64,000 nucleotides of DNA from an uncultured delta proteobacterium (lineage in GTDB: Bacteria > Myxococcota_A > Polyangia > Polyangiales > B10-G4). The position numbers and the translations under genes were made by a program. This document shows positions 54,519 through 64,000 of the stretch, piece after piece. The DNA is taken from contig CAVSGI010000014.1 of the NCBI GenBank assembly GCA_963727445.1, forward strand, positions 64,001-128,000, written 5' to 3'. The notes beneath the pieces were generated by a model. That model did no database searches and was not told where the DNA came from. It saw nothing but the letters and a program-made list of their open reading frames with translations. Within the stretch, counting starts at the first letter, position 1, and every line of letters begins with the position of its first letter.

Positions 54519-55112
54519 GTGGCCAAGCGGCGCCGGCCGCAGGATCGTTTCGGCAAGCAAGCACGCCGCGACGGTTATCCGGCGCGCTCCGTCTACAAGC
54601 TCGAGGAGATCGACAAGAAGGTCCGTCTCTTGTCGAAGGGTCAGCGCGTGCTCGACCTCGGCGCTTACCCCGGCTCGTGGACGATGTACGCCGCCGAGCG
54701 CGTCGGTCCGAAAGGCCGCGTGCTGGGCTTCGACCTGACGAAGTTCGAGGGAGTGCTTCCGCCGCAGGCGGAGATCCGCCAGGGCGACGCCTTCGCCATC
54801 AGCCTCGACGAGCTGGACGAGGAGCCCTTCGACCTGGTGATCAGCGACATGGCCCCCAAGACCAGCGGCCAGAAGAGCGCCGACCAGTACCGGAGCTTCG
54901 AGCTCGCCATGCGCGCCCTCGAGCTCGCCGAGAAGGTCCTCAAGCCCGGTGGCGGCTTCGTCGCCAAGATCTTCCAGGGCGGCGACTTCCCGGAAGCGAA
55001 GAAGCGCGTCAAGGACGCCTTCGACCAGGTGAAGATCGTCAAACCCCAGGCCGTCCGCTCGGAGAGCTACGAGGTGTTCCTGGTGGGGCTCGGGCGCAAG
55101 ACAGCCGGGTAA
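54519..55112 (+). CDS. rlmE: 23S rRNA Um2552 methyltransferase RlmE/FtsJ
   Basis: GYPARSVYKLEEID, DLGAYPGSW, SDMAP, AKIFQG, KP..RSESYE (K-D-K-E tetrad). Confidence 0.95.
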   Translation: MAKRRRPQDRFGKQARRDGYPARSVYKLEEIDKKVRLLSKGQRVLDLGAYPGSWTMYAAERVGPKGRVLGFDLTKFEGVLPPQAEIRQGDAFAISLDELDEEPFDLVISDMAPKTSGQKSADQYRSFELAMRALELAEKVLKPGGGFVAKIFQGGDFPEAKKRVKDAFDQVKIVKPQAVRSESYEVFLVGLGRKTAG

Positions 55113-56142
55113 CTACTGCGCCCGGCGCGCGGCCTCGATCCGCTCTCTGGCGCGCGCGGCCATCGGGCCGCCCGGCTCGAGGGCGAGGTAGCGGCGGTAG
55201 TGGCGGATGGCTTCGGCGAATTCTCCGTCGCCGGCGAGCATGTTGCCGAGGAGATAGTGGGCGGTGGCGTAGCGGGGCTCGCGCTCGATGATCTCGCGCA
55301 GGGTGCTCTTCGCGGCGTCGCGGTCGCCGGCGGCGCGCTGCGCGAGGGCGAGCTCGCTGGAGAGCGCGGCGGTGGGGCCGCCGTTCGCCTCGATCGCCAT
55401 GGTGAGCGCGCGGACCGCCGCCTCGGCCTCCCCGACACGCCTCAGGCCGTTGCCCGCCGCCGAGAGCGCAGCGGCGTTGCCGCGCGCGAGGGGAAGTCCG
55501 CGCCGCAGCTCGATAGCCGCGTTGTGCGCGTCGCCCGCCTTGATCAGCGCCAGTCCGAAGTTGATGCGGGTCATCGGATCGCGCGGCGCCTCTCGCACCG
55601 CATCTCGGTAGACCTCGATCGCCTCGCGCAAGCGGTCCGCCTCCTCGAGGGCGAGCGCCAGGTTCACGTAGGCGGAGGCGAAGTCCCGCCGCGCTTCGAT
55701 CGCACGACGCAGCTGCTCGATGGCCTCGTCGGTTCGGCCCTCACTCCTGAGCAGGAGGCCGAGGTTGTTGAGCGCCTCCGGGAAGCGCGGGTCGATCGCG
55801 AGCGCGCGACGATAGCTCTCCTCGGCCGGGCGCGGATGATCCTGAAGCTCGTGTGCGAGGCCGAGGTCGAGCAGCGCCCGAACGTCCTCGGGGGACTCTT
55901 CGAGCGCTCCCTCGAGCACCGCCTGTGCTTCGGCCGCCTTTCCTTCGGCGAGCAGCTGCTCGGCTTCCTGTACCGCCGGGGTGGCCTCGGGAGCGCTCTG
56001 CGCCGCCTCGTGCGCCGCCGCCTCGTCCGGGAACGTCACGTCCTCGCCACCGCTCGATTCGATCGCCCTCGGCCTCTTCGGCCCCTGGCGGGCATGCCGC
56101 CAGCAGCGCCGCCAGGACGAGCGCCGAGATCCCCCGCCTCAT
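55113..56142 (-). CDS. TPR lipoprotein; apparent frameshift at ~56058
   Basis: MRRGISALVLAALLAAC lipobox joins TPR ORF 55113..56039 when one base of GATTC (56056-56060) is removed. Confidence 0.8.
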
Positions 56143-56147
56143 GCCGT

Positions 56148-58829
56148 TCACTCCTCTTCGAACCTCTGATGGAACGCGTCGATGGCGTCCTCGACCAAGC
56201 GCCTGAGGCCCTCGAGCCGCGCCGGCTCGCGGATCTTCTCGCCGCCTTCCTGGACGTAGAAGACGTCGGTCGCCCGCGCTCCCTCGGTGCCGATCTTGGA
56301 AAAGGCGATCGAGAGCCCCGCCTCGTGAATCGTCTCCGCGATCTCGTGCAAGAGGCCGATCCGATCGCGCGTGAAGACGTCCACCACCGTGAAGCGCGGC
56401 GAGATGGCGTTGTCGACGATCACCTCGGTGGGAACCTCCGGCACCTTGCGCTCCGCCCACCACGGCGTGCGCCGAATCTGTCCCATCAGCTCCGAGGTGC
56501 TCACCGCGCCCCCGATCACCTGCCGCAGATCCGCCGCGACCGCCGCGGCCACCGCGTCATCGACCCGATGACCGCGTTCACCGTGCCGCCGCACGTAGAA
56601 GATGTCGAAGGCCTCGGCGCCACCACCCTCGTGGAGGCGAGTGTAGATCTCGGCGGAGACGATGCTCAGCCGATGGCTCGCGAGGACCGCGGTGACCGCC
56701 GCCAGGAGCCCTTCCTGGTCGTCCGCCATCACCAACAGCTCCGCCAGGTCCTCGCTCGGCCCCGGCCCGGTGACCACGTGCACGGACTTGTCGCCACGCT
56801 GGCGCGCCGCCCGGGCGTGAGCGGCGATGGAGGCAGGGGCGGAGCCGAGGATGTAACGGTCCGGCATCTCGGCGAGGAACTGGGTGAGCGCGAGCGCCAC
56901 CCCGTCCTTGTAATCGCGCAGCACCTCGGCGCGGATGTCCGCCGCGCGCGCCGAGCCTTGCGCTTCGCCGTCCAGCGCCGCGGCGACCGCCAGATAGAGG
57001 TCCTCGAGCATCCGCGCCTTCCAGGAGGTCATCGCGGTGGGGTTGGTGGTGGAGACGTCGGCGATGGTCAGCAGATAGAGATCGCGGAGACGCTCCACGC
57101 TGCGCACCGTCTTGGCCACCTCGGCGATGGTCTCCGGATCGCTGGTGTCGCGACGCGTCGCCCACTTGTAGAGGCTCAGGTGCTCACGGACGAGCCACTC
57201 GACGTGGTCGACATCGACGCTCGACAGCCCCAGGCGCTCGGCGATGGGGCGAGCCATCTCGGCGCCCTTCTGGGAGTGATCGTTTCCGCGCGCCTTGCCG
57301 ATGTCGTGCAGGAGAAGCCCCAGGAAGAGCGGCTCCTTTCGCGGCGCCTCGCCGGCGAGCCGCGTCGCGCGCGGCAGTTCCTTGCGGAGGTCGCCACGCA
57401 CCAGCGCATGCAGCCGATCCACCGCGCGCACCGAGTGAACGTCCACGGTGTAGACGTGATAGACGTCGTGCTGCACGCGTCCCATGAGCGGCTCGAACTC
57501 CGGGATCATCGCGGTCATCAGCCCCACCTCGTGAAGCTCCGAGAAGATGCTTCGACGCATGCCGGCGATGGGGTCGATGGTGCGCGTGAGCAAGCGGCGG
57601 AAGAGCGCCTGTGCTTCCTCCGACGCGCGAAGCGCCTCGCACCACTCCGGGTGGGCGGTCGCGTTGGCGATGGCGTCTCGCGCAAACGGATAGGGCGGGA
57701 GGTGGAGCTCGCTGACGCGCTCGTAGAGCCGCAGCGCGAGAGCGGGATCGTCGACGAGCGCCGAGCTGTCGCTGAGCGTGATGTGGTCGTCGAAGCGCTG
57801 CGTGCCGTCGCCGAGATCCACGGGCGTCTTGGGACGCGACTTCTTGTAGGGGCGCGCCCGCGCGATCACCCGCTCCGCCGTCTGCGCGACCAGCCGCGCG
57901 TGGCGGTAGTACGCCTGCATGAACTGTTCGACGCCGAGGGTCACGCCGTCGACGAAGCCCAGCTGCTCGGCGACGTCCTCCTGGTCGGCGAAGGTGAGCC
58001 GGTCCTGGCGCCGTCCGGCGCGGAGATGGAGGAGGTTTCGCACCTTCCACAGGAACTCGCGCGCGGCCTCGAAGCCCTCCGCCTCACGGGCGAGGAGCGC
58101 GCCCGTACGCACGTAGTTTTCCGCTCCGCGCGTATTCCAGCGCGCGCCCATGGCCCACTCCGCGACGTCCATGTCGCGCAGGCCGCCCCGGCCCAGCTTC
58201 ACCTCGGGCTCGAGGAGATAGAGCGAGTCGCCGAAGCGCTCGTGGCGGCGCGTGGTGTCCTCGGCGAGCATGTCGAGGAACTGGGCGAGGCGCGGCTCGA
58301 AGATGCGGCGTCGCGCACCCTTGTGGAGCTCTTGGACGATGGCTTGATCGCCCGCGACGCGGCGCAGATCGAGCAGCGTGGTGGCCGTGCGGATGTCCTC
58401 GCGCGCGAGGGTGAGAGTGTCCTCGACGCTCCGCACCGCGTGACCGATCTGCACGCCCAGATCCCAGAGAGGATAGAGCAGCCCCTCCGCGATGGAGCGC
58501 ACGCGCTCGTCGCCGTCGTCGTCGCAGAGGAAGAGGACGTCGATGTCGCTCTCGACCCCCACCACACCGCGGCCGTAGCCGCCGACGGCGACCAGCGCGA
58601 AGCGGCCGTCCTCACCAGCGCTCGCCGCCTCGCATGCGCAGCAGAGCGCGGACAGGAGCCCGTCGAGGCTCTTGGCGTTCTTGCGGGCCACTTCGACCCC
58701 GCCGTCCCCTCGCCGCACGGCGTCCTCGATGCGCGCCCGATACTGGGAGAGATAGTCCCCACAGGTGCTCTCGAGGGCCGGAGCGAGGCGCGCGAGCTCG
58801 ATGGGAGACGACGGGGCGGGCTCCGGCAT
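56148..58829 (-). CDS. glnD: [Protein-PII] uridylyltransferase/uridylyl-removing enzyme
   Basis: AVGGYGR..SDIDVL, EPEVKLGRGGLRD, YHVYTVDVH, LLHDIGK, two ACT domains (DIFYV, DVFYV). Confidence 0.96.
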   Translation of the reverse strand: MPEPAPSSPIELARLAPALESTCGDYLSQYRARIEDAVRRGDGGVEVARKNAKSLDGLLSALCCACEAASAGEDGRFALVAVGGYGRGVVGVESDIDVLFLCDDDGDERVRSIAEGLLYPLWDLGVQIGHAVRSVEDTLTLAREDIRTATTLLDLRRVAGDQAIVQELHKGARRRIFEPRLAQFLDMLAEDTTRRHERFGDSLYLLEPEVKLGRGGLRDMDVAEWAMGARWNTRGAENYVRTGALLAREAEGFEAAREFLWKVRNLLHLRAGRRQDRLTFADQEDVAEQLGFVDGVTLGVEQFMQAYYRHARLVAQTAERVIARARPYKKSRPKTPVDLGDGTQRFDDHITLSDSSALVDDPALALRLYERVSELHLPPYPFARDAIANATAHPEWCEALRASEEAQALFRRLLTRTIDPIAGMRRSIFSELHEVGLMTAMIPEFEPLMGRVQHDVYHVYTVDVHSVRAVDRLHALVRGDLRKELPRATRLAGEAPRKEPLFLGLLLHDIGKARGNDHSQKGAEMARPIAERLGLSSVDVDHVEWLVREHLSLYKWATRRDTSDPETIAEVAKTVRSVERLRDLYLLTIADVSTTNPTAMTSWKARMLEDLYLAVAAALDGEAQGSARAADIRAEVLRDYKDGVALALTQFLAEMPDRYILGSAPASIAAHARAARQRGDKSVHVVTGPGPSEDLAELLVMADDQEGLLAAVTAVLASHRLSIVSAEIYTRLHEGGGAEAFDIFYVRRHGERGHRVDDAVAAAVAADLRQVIGGAVSTSELMGQIRRTPWWAERKVPEVPTEVIVDNAISPRFTVVDVFTRDRIGLLHEIAETIHEAGLSIAFSKIGTEGARATDVFYVQEGGEKIREPARLEGLRRLVEDAIDAFHQRFEEE

Positions 58830-58925
58830 GACGGCGGAGTATGGGTCGGGGTCGGAGGGGCCGCAAGGTGCGGGAAGGCTCCGTAAGGTCGAAGAAAATC
58901 GGCGCGAGCCGGGGTCCGTGACGCC

Positions 58926-60669
58926 TCAGGGCGCCCCGGGTGGCGGCCCCTCTCCGTGAGCGTAGCGAGCGATCCCTTCGGCGATGCCCTCGCTCAGCGC
59001 CTGACGATAGGCCTCGGTCGCGAGGGCGTGGTTCTCCTCCTCCTGATTGAGGAAGGAAGCCTCGACCAGAACCGCGGGCATGCGGGCGCCGACAAGCACG
59101 TAGAACATCGCGCTCTTCACCCCGCGGTCGGGGAGCTCGGGCAGGATGGTGCGCCCCCCGATCAAGGTGCCGCGCTGCACCAGGGCGGCGAGGGTTCGCG
59201 ACTCGGCGCTCTGCCCGGCGCGATGGAGATCCGCGAGGGTGTGGGCGAGCTCGCTCACCTGGCCGGAGGTGGTGTTGTTCTCGCGCGCGGCGAGGCGGAG
59301 CGCCTGCCGGTCGTTGGTGGTGTCGAGGACGAAGGTGGCGACGCCCCCGCGTTCCACGTCGTCGTCGGCAGCGTTGAGGTGAATCGACACGAAGAGGTCC
59401 GCCTGCACCGCGTTGGCGAAGGCGACGCGCTCTTCGAGGGATACGATCTCGTCGCGCTCACGGGTGAGGAGCACCCGCGCTCCGGGAAGCCGGCGACGGA
59501 GCGCAGCCAGAACGCGTCGCGACATGTCGAGGGTCAGGATCGACTCCTTGAGGCCGCCGTGACGCGCGCCGAACTCGTCCCCACCATGACCGGGATCGAG
59601 GACGATGACGCTGGCCCGGCGCGGCCCACCCTCGATCATCGCTGGCCCGCTCGTTCGGTCGAAGTCGACCACCACGCGATACGGATCGGGCAGCACGAAG
59701 AGGCGGTGCCGGGGCGTCCCGTCGAGATCGAAGACCACTCGAGTCACGCCCGGCTCGAAGGGTGAGGCGCGGACGCGGGTCACGCCGCCGCCTTCCACCG
59801 TCAGCGCCCGGGGCACGTCCGAGCCCATCTGGGTGTCCGCGAAATCGAGGAAGAGCCGATGGGGGAGCGGCCCTTCGGCGTCGAGCTCACCGCGCCGGAA
59901 GACCGCGACTCCGTCGAAGCGCAGCACCGCACGCACCACGTCGGAGCCCGCCTCGCCGTCCGCCGCGCCGCCGTAGACCGCGATGTTGCTGAGCGTCGCC
60001 GTGCCCTCGCCATGCGCCTCGGCCCAGCGATCGACCTGCGCCTCGGGCGAGTCCGGGCTCGCTTCGGGACGCGCGACCAGAATCGACGCTCGGATCGTCG
60101 GCGTCGGGATCGGCGTCGATGGCGGCGAGACGCGCCGGCGATGGACGATGGTGGTCCAGGGTGGCGGTGATGCGGCGCGCCTCGGCGACGCAGTCAGCGT
60201 GCGAGTCGGCGTCGAAACGGCGCGCCGTCCGGTAGGCGACCACGAACGCTTCGGTGGGCTCGTCGCGGTCGCGCGCATCGAGACGCGCGAGCTCGAGCGC
60301 GGCGGTGCACGCGCCCTCGAGCGCCTTGCGGCGCGAGGCCTCTCGCAAGTGCTCCCTCGCGTGATCGAGGTGGGCCTCCTCGTGCTCGGGATCCCTCAAC
60401 GCCAACACGCGCGCGAGCTCCGCGGCCGACCGCGACTCGGCCACCCCATCCACGGTCCCCTCGTCCTCGGCGGCCTGGGCGGCCAGCGCCCGGTAACGCG
60501 CCTCGAGGTCGTCGAGGCTCATGGTCATCGACTCCTCGGGAGTCGGCACCTGGACGCTCGCCAGGCCCGGATCCGGCCCTTCGGGCTCGGTGCCGGCGTC
60601 CTCTTCACCGCCGCAGGCGGTCAGCAGGATCGCCAGGACGCACGACGCGCAAAAGCTGGTAGGATGCAC
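58926..60669 (-). CDS. N-acetylmuramoyl-L-alanine amidase lipoprotein (helical N-term, AMIN, Amidase_3); apparent frameshift at ~60082
   Basis: Lipobox LTAC-GG; RLFLDF / TRVVFDL / RVVVDF AMIN motifs; LDPGHGG, E, SIHLNA, PAVLVE. Confidence 0.88.
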
Positions 60670-60692
60670 AACTCTTCTCGGAGGGAGGGGAT

Positions 60693-61151
60693 GTGAGCGA
60701 AAACCCCATCTACCAGGACCGCCAGACGGGCAAGGTCTATCGCGACGCTCAGGAGATGGTCAACGACTACATCCGACGCTTCGGCGAGGCCGTCGGTGTG
60801 GGCATGGAGCCGTTGGACGAGGACGGATACACCGACGTCCGCCGGGGCTCCGCGACCGTCGGGATCAACGTGCTCACCGAGCACGGGATCCTTCTCTTTC
60901 TGTCGCGCATCATGGACGTGCCCGCCGAGGACAAAGAGTCCTTCTACCGCCGGCTCCTCGAGCTGAACTTCCTGGTCACCAGCGACGGCGCATTCGCCAT
61001 CGACAAGGACCGCAACGCCGTCTACCTGCGGGGCCTCCGGCGTTTGTCCGGGCTCGACTACGAGGAGTTCGAGGATCTTCTCCACACCATCGCCACCGTC
61101 GCGGACGAGTGGGACGATCGCCTCGCCGAGCTCTTTCCAGCCAAGGGTTAG
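60693..61151 (+). CDS. CesT/YbjN-like (type III secretion chaperone fold) protein
   Basis: Small and acidic; FYRRLLELNF..GAFAID; C-terminal amphipathic helix ADEW; GGAGG RBS. Confidence 0.7.
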   Translation: MSENPIYQDRQTGKVYRDAQEMVNDYIRRFGEAVGVGMEPLDEDGYTDVRRGSATVGINVLTEHGILLFLSRIMDVPAEDKESFYRRLLELNFLVTSDGAFAIDKDRNAVYLRGLRRLSGLDYEEFEDLLHTIATVADEWDDRLAELFPAKG

Positions 61152-61262
61152 GCAGGCGTCGCTGTCCCACATCCCACTGCACGCACCGCCCGTGTGGGAC
61201 CCCCCGTCGAGCCAGGCTGGCCCGTGGGCGGGCCCAGTGATACCTTTTGCAAGAGCTCCTAG

Positions 61263-62312
61263 ATGACCGCCAGCGCCCAATCGAAGCGCGCCGACGAGGC
61301 CAACGAGGAAAACGACACCTCCACCGATGGTGAGGGGGAGTGGGGCGAGGGGCGTCTGTCCATCGACGACGCCGACCGCTTCGCCGCCCAGTTCCGCCCG
61401 AGCTGGGAGTCCATGGACGACGCAGGTGGGGGCTGGGGAGCCGGACCGGCCGAGACCCCGGCCGCGGCGGACGCGCCAGCCGCCGAGGCGCCGGCCGCTG
61501 CCGCTGCCCCCGAGCCGGCGTCGCCAGCGCCGGAGCCCCCGAAAGCCGAAAAGAAGCCCGTGGGGGAAGAGCCCTCCATCGTCGTCGCGGACGAGCTGAC
61601 CGCCGCCGCGACGGCGGCCGCCGCCCCCGTCCCGCCGAAGCCCAAGCCCAAGCCGAAGCCCAAGGTGACCAACCCGTCGGCCTTCGACGCGGTGCCCGAC
61701 CCGGTGCAAATCCCGTCGGGGGGAAATCGCAACATGCTCTTCGCCGCCGGCGGCGCGGTCGTGCTGCTCGTCGTGGTGATCGGCGCGGTGATGGCGAGCG
61801 GAGGCGATCCCGAGCCGCCGGCCACGGCGGCCGCCGCTCCGGAGACGAGCGCCGCGGAAGAGGCCGCGCAAGCGTCGGCCGAGCCTGCCGCGAGCGCCAG
61901 CGCCGCGGCCGCGACGAGCGCGCCCGCAGAAGAAGCAGAGGCGCCGAGCGAGATCGCGATCGCGATTCGCACCGAGCCCGCGGACGCCCAGCTCACCCTC
62001 GACGGTCGCCGGGTCGAAAATCCCTACCAGGCATCGGCCTTGCCGAGCGGCACGCACATCGTGCTGGCGACGGCGGAGGGCTTCGAGGGTCGGCGCGAGG
62101 AAGTGCGCTTCGACGGCGACGTCGAGCTCACGCTCAGCCTCGAAGCCCTTTCGCCCGAGCCTGAGCCGGCCCCTGTCGCCGCGGCGACCCCGCGCCCATC
62201 GCCCATGCGCGCTCCGCGGATGACCGTGCGGAGACGACCGCCGATGCGCCGCGCCGCGGCCATGTCCAGCGGCCGAATGACCGCCGGTTTCTCCACCGCC
62301 AATCCCTACTAG
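61263..62312 (+). CDS. Single-TM Pro/Ala-rich protein with PEGA-like domain
   Basis: TM segment; [23 protein letters not shown]; ends NPY. Confidence 0.7.
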   Translation: MTASAQSKRADEANEENDTSTDGEGEWGEGRLSIDDADRFAAQFRPSWESMDDAGGGWGAGPAETPAAADAPAAEAPAAAAAPEPASPAPEPPKAEKKPVGEEPSIVVADELTAAATAAAAPVPPKPKPKPKPKVTNPSAFDAVPDPVQIPSGGNRNMLFAAGGAVVLLVVVIGAVMASGGDPEPPATAAAAPETSAAEEAAQASAEPAASASAAAATSAPAEEAEAPSEIAIAIRTEPADAQLTLDGRRVENPYQASALPSGTHIVLATAEGFEGRREEVRFDGDVELTLSLEALSPEPEPAPVAAATPRPSPMRAPRMTVRRRPPMRRAAAMSSGRMTAGFSTANPY

Positions 62313-62332
62313 GCTGCGGTACCGTTCGCGCC

Positions 62333-62751
62333 ATGAGGTATCTCCACACCATGGTGCGGGTGAAGGACGTCGATGCATCCCTTCACTTCTATTGCGATCT
62401 CCTCGGCCTCGAAGAGGTCCGAAGGCGCGACAGCGAAAGAGGTCGCTTCACGCTGATCTTCCTCGCGGCGCCGGGCGATCACGAGGCGCAGATCGAGCTC
62501 ACCTACAACTGGGATCCCGAGGACTACGGAAGCGGGCGCAACTTCGGCCACATCGCCTACGCGGTCGACGACATCTACGCGCTCTGCGAGCGCCTCGCGA
62601 AGGGTGGCGTGACCATCAACCGCCCGCCGCGCGACGGCCACATGGCCTTCGTGCGATCCCCGACGGGATCAGCATCGAGCTGCTGCAGCGAGGCGAGGCC
62701 CTGGCCCCGAAGGAGCCCTGGGCGAGCATGGAAAACACGGGGACCTGGTGA
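62333..62751 (+). CDS. gloA: Lactoylglutathione lyase (glyoxalase I); apparent one-base deletion at ~62660
   Basis: [37 protein letters not shown]. Confidence 0.9.
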
Positions 62752-63335
62752 ACGATCGCGCACGGCGTCTGGTGGTGGTGCACCGCTGGAGCGGTCGGCC
62801 CGACGTCGCGTTCTATCCGTGGCTCAGGCGCCGGCTCACCCGCATGCGTCCAGCGCTCTTCGACGAGGTGCGCGTGCCGGTCATGCCCAACCCCGACAAG
62901 CCCACCATCGACGAATGGGTGAAGGCCGTCGGCGACGTCGTCGGGCGACCGACCCAGGCGCTGGCTCGCACCGTGCTCGTTGGGCATAGCGTCGGCGCCC
63001 AGGCGGTGCTGCGCTGGCTCGCGACGCTGCCGCCGGGCGCGCAGGTGCAGGGCGTCCTGCTGGTGGCCGGGTGGTTCACGGTCGACGAGCCGTGGGAGGA
63101 CATTCGCCCGTGGTGCGAGACGCCTCTCGACCTGCCTCGCATTCGTCGCGCCGCGCCGCGCATCCACACGCTGCTCTCGGACGACGATCCCTTCACCGCC
63201 GATCACGCCGCGGCGGCCGCCCTCTTCCGGGAGCGGCTGGGCGCGGAGGTGACGGTGGTGCCCGGCGCGGCGCACTTCAACCGCGAGGAGGAGCCCGCGG
63301 TGCTCGAAGCGCTCTCGGAGATGCTCGGCCGATGA
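62748..63335 (+). CDS. RBBP9/YdeN family alpha/beta hydrolase
   Basis: MPNPDKP..W, VGHSVG, LLVAG, SDDDPF, AHFN catalytic triad. Confidence 0.88.
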   Translation: MNDRARRLVVVHRWSGRPDVAFYPWLRRRLTRMRPALFDEVRVPVMPNPDKPTIDEWVKAVGDVVGRPTQALARTVLVGHSVGAQAVLRWLATLPPGAQVQGVLLVAGWFTVDEPWEDIRPWCETPLDLPRIRRAAPRIHTLLSDDDPFTADHAAAAALFRERLGAEVTVVPGAAHFNREEEPAVLEALSEMLGR

Positions 63336-63523
63336 GCTCTCGCGGCGCCGGGGCCCTCCTCGTGGTCCTCGTCGCGCTCGCGATCCTCTCTTGCTTCTCC
63401 TGGGCCTGCGGCGCCGCGTTCAGCCCGGGCCACGGCGATTCGATGTACGACTTCGCCGCGGACGACGAGGACGCAGGCGTGGACGCGGGACGCCAGCCCC
63501 TCGCGCTCGACGGCGGCTCCTGA
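63332..63523 (+). CDS. Small exported/membrane hypothetical protein (63 aa)
   Basis: ATGA overlap, hydrophobic N-terminus, DAG motifs. Confidence 0.45.
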   Translation: MSSRGAGALLVVLVALAILSCFSWACGAAFSPGHGDSMYDFAADDEDAGVDAGRQPLALDGGS

Positions 63524-63568
63524 GGCTCGTCGACGCAATCGGGGGTAGTCCGGTGCGTGTTGGCGACT

Positions 63569-63826
63569 GCGGGAGCGGGGGCGGGAGCGGGAACGGGAAC
63601 GGGAACGGGAACGGGAACGGGAACGGGAACGGGAATGGGAATGGGAGCGGGAACGGGAATGGGAGCGGGAGCGGGAATGGGAGCGGGAACGGGAACGGGA
63701 ATGGGTGCGGGAATGGGAGCGGGAACGGGAATGGGAGCGGGAACGGGAATGGGTGCGGGAATGGGAATGGGTGCGGGAATGGGAATGGGTGCGGGAATGG
63801 GAATGGGTGCGGGAATGGGTGCGGGG
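63569..63826 (+). repeat. Intergenic G-rich hexamer array (GGGAAC/GGGAAT/GGGAGC/GGGTGC)n
   Basis: About 43 in-register units visible. Confidence 0.95.
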
Positions 63827-63845
63827 TGAGTCCTTTTGAGCGTGT

Positions 63846-63906
63846 TTCTTGGTCATCGCTGAGACCCCTTCTTGGTTGGGAAAGGGGTCTCAGCGATGAC
63901 CAAGAA
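63846..63906. repeat. Perfect 25-bp inverted repeat with 11-nt loop
   Basis: TTCTTGGTCATCGCTGAGACCCCTT (63846-63870) / AAGGGGTCTCAGCGATGACCAAGAA (63882-63906). Confidence 0.92.
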
Positions 63907-64000
63907 CACTCTAATCAGATGATTCATCACAGACTTCGAGTCTGGCAGCGGGCGCATGCGCTCGTAGGGCTCGTGTACGCGAACTTGCCGAAGGATGCGG

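Noticed and set aside
55200..58886. 1228-aa plus-strand ORF
   Set aside because: Antisense shadow of glnD and the TPR gene, typical of high-GC DNA; no motifs
63203..63856. Gly/Met/Thr-repeat and RS/HS-repeat ORFs
   Set aside because: Translations of the hexamer array with no RBS or non-repetitive domain; coding status unsupported
63915..64000. 3' end of a minus-strand gene at the window edge
   Set aside because: Several frames are open over this short stretch and none can be identified

Overview
High-GC chromosomal segment that looks like Myxococcota (inferred from the Cys-rich lipoproteins, PEGA/FHA proteins and gene content). Housekeeping genes include rlmN, dapD, the icd-mdh-sucC-sucD-ndk operon, xerD, cutA, efp-epmA, mazG, holB, metG, tatD, rplC-rlmE, glnD, an amidase and gloA. 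The main accessory feature is an ~18 kb co-directional Tad/Flp pilus locus (11052-28829) with an atypical make-up. It has two Flp pilins, three pseudopilin-like genes and two CpaF ATPases, one fused to a canonical FHA domain. It also has two membrane proteins with degenerate FHA-like domains, several extra lipoproteins, and no recognisable TadZ/CpaE. This is reminiscent of the predation-associated Kil Tad system of Myxococcus. Other oddities are an EpmA with an N-terminal OB-fold-like extension, an aminopeptidase-like/Omp85-barrel fusion lacking HEXXH, a class II amidotransferase lacking its catalytic residues, an rplC outside the S10 operon, divergent sigma54-type promoters, a palindromic tandem repeat and G-rich hexamer repeats. 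Eleven single-base frameshifts break ten otherwise intact genes, and ten of the eleven lie in or within about 3 bp of GATC, which suggests modification-linked sequencing error rather than real pseudogenes. All calls come from reading motifs by eye; no searches were run.
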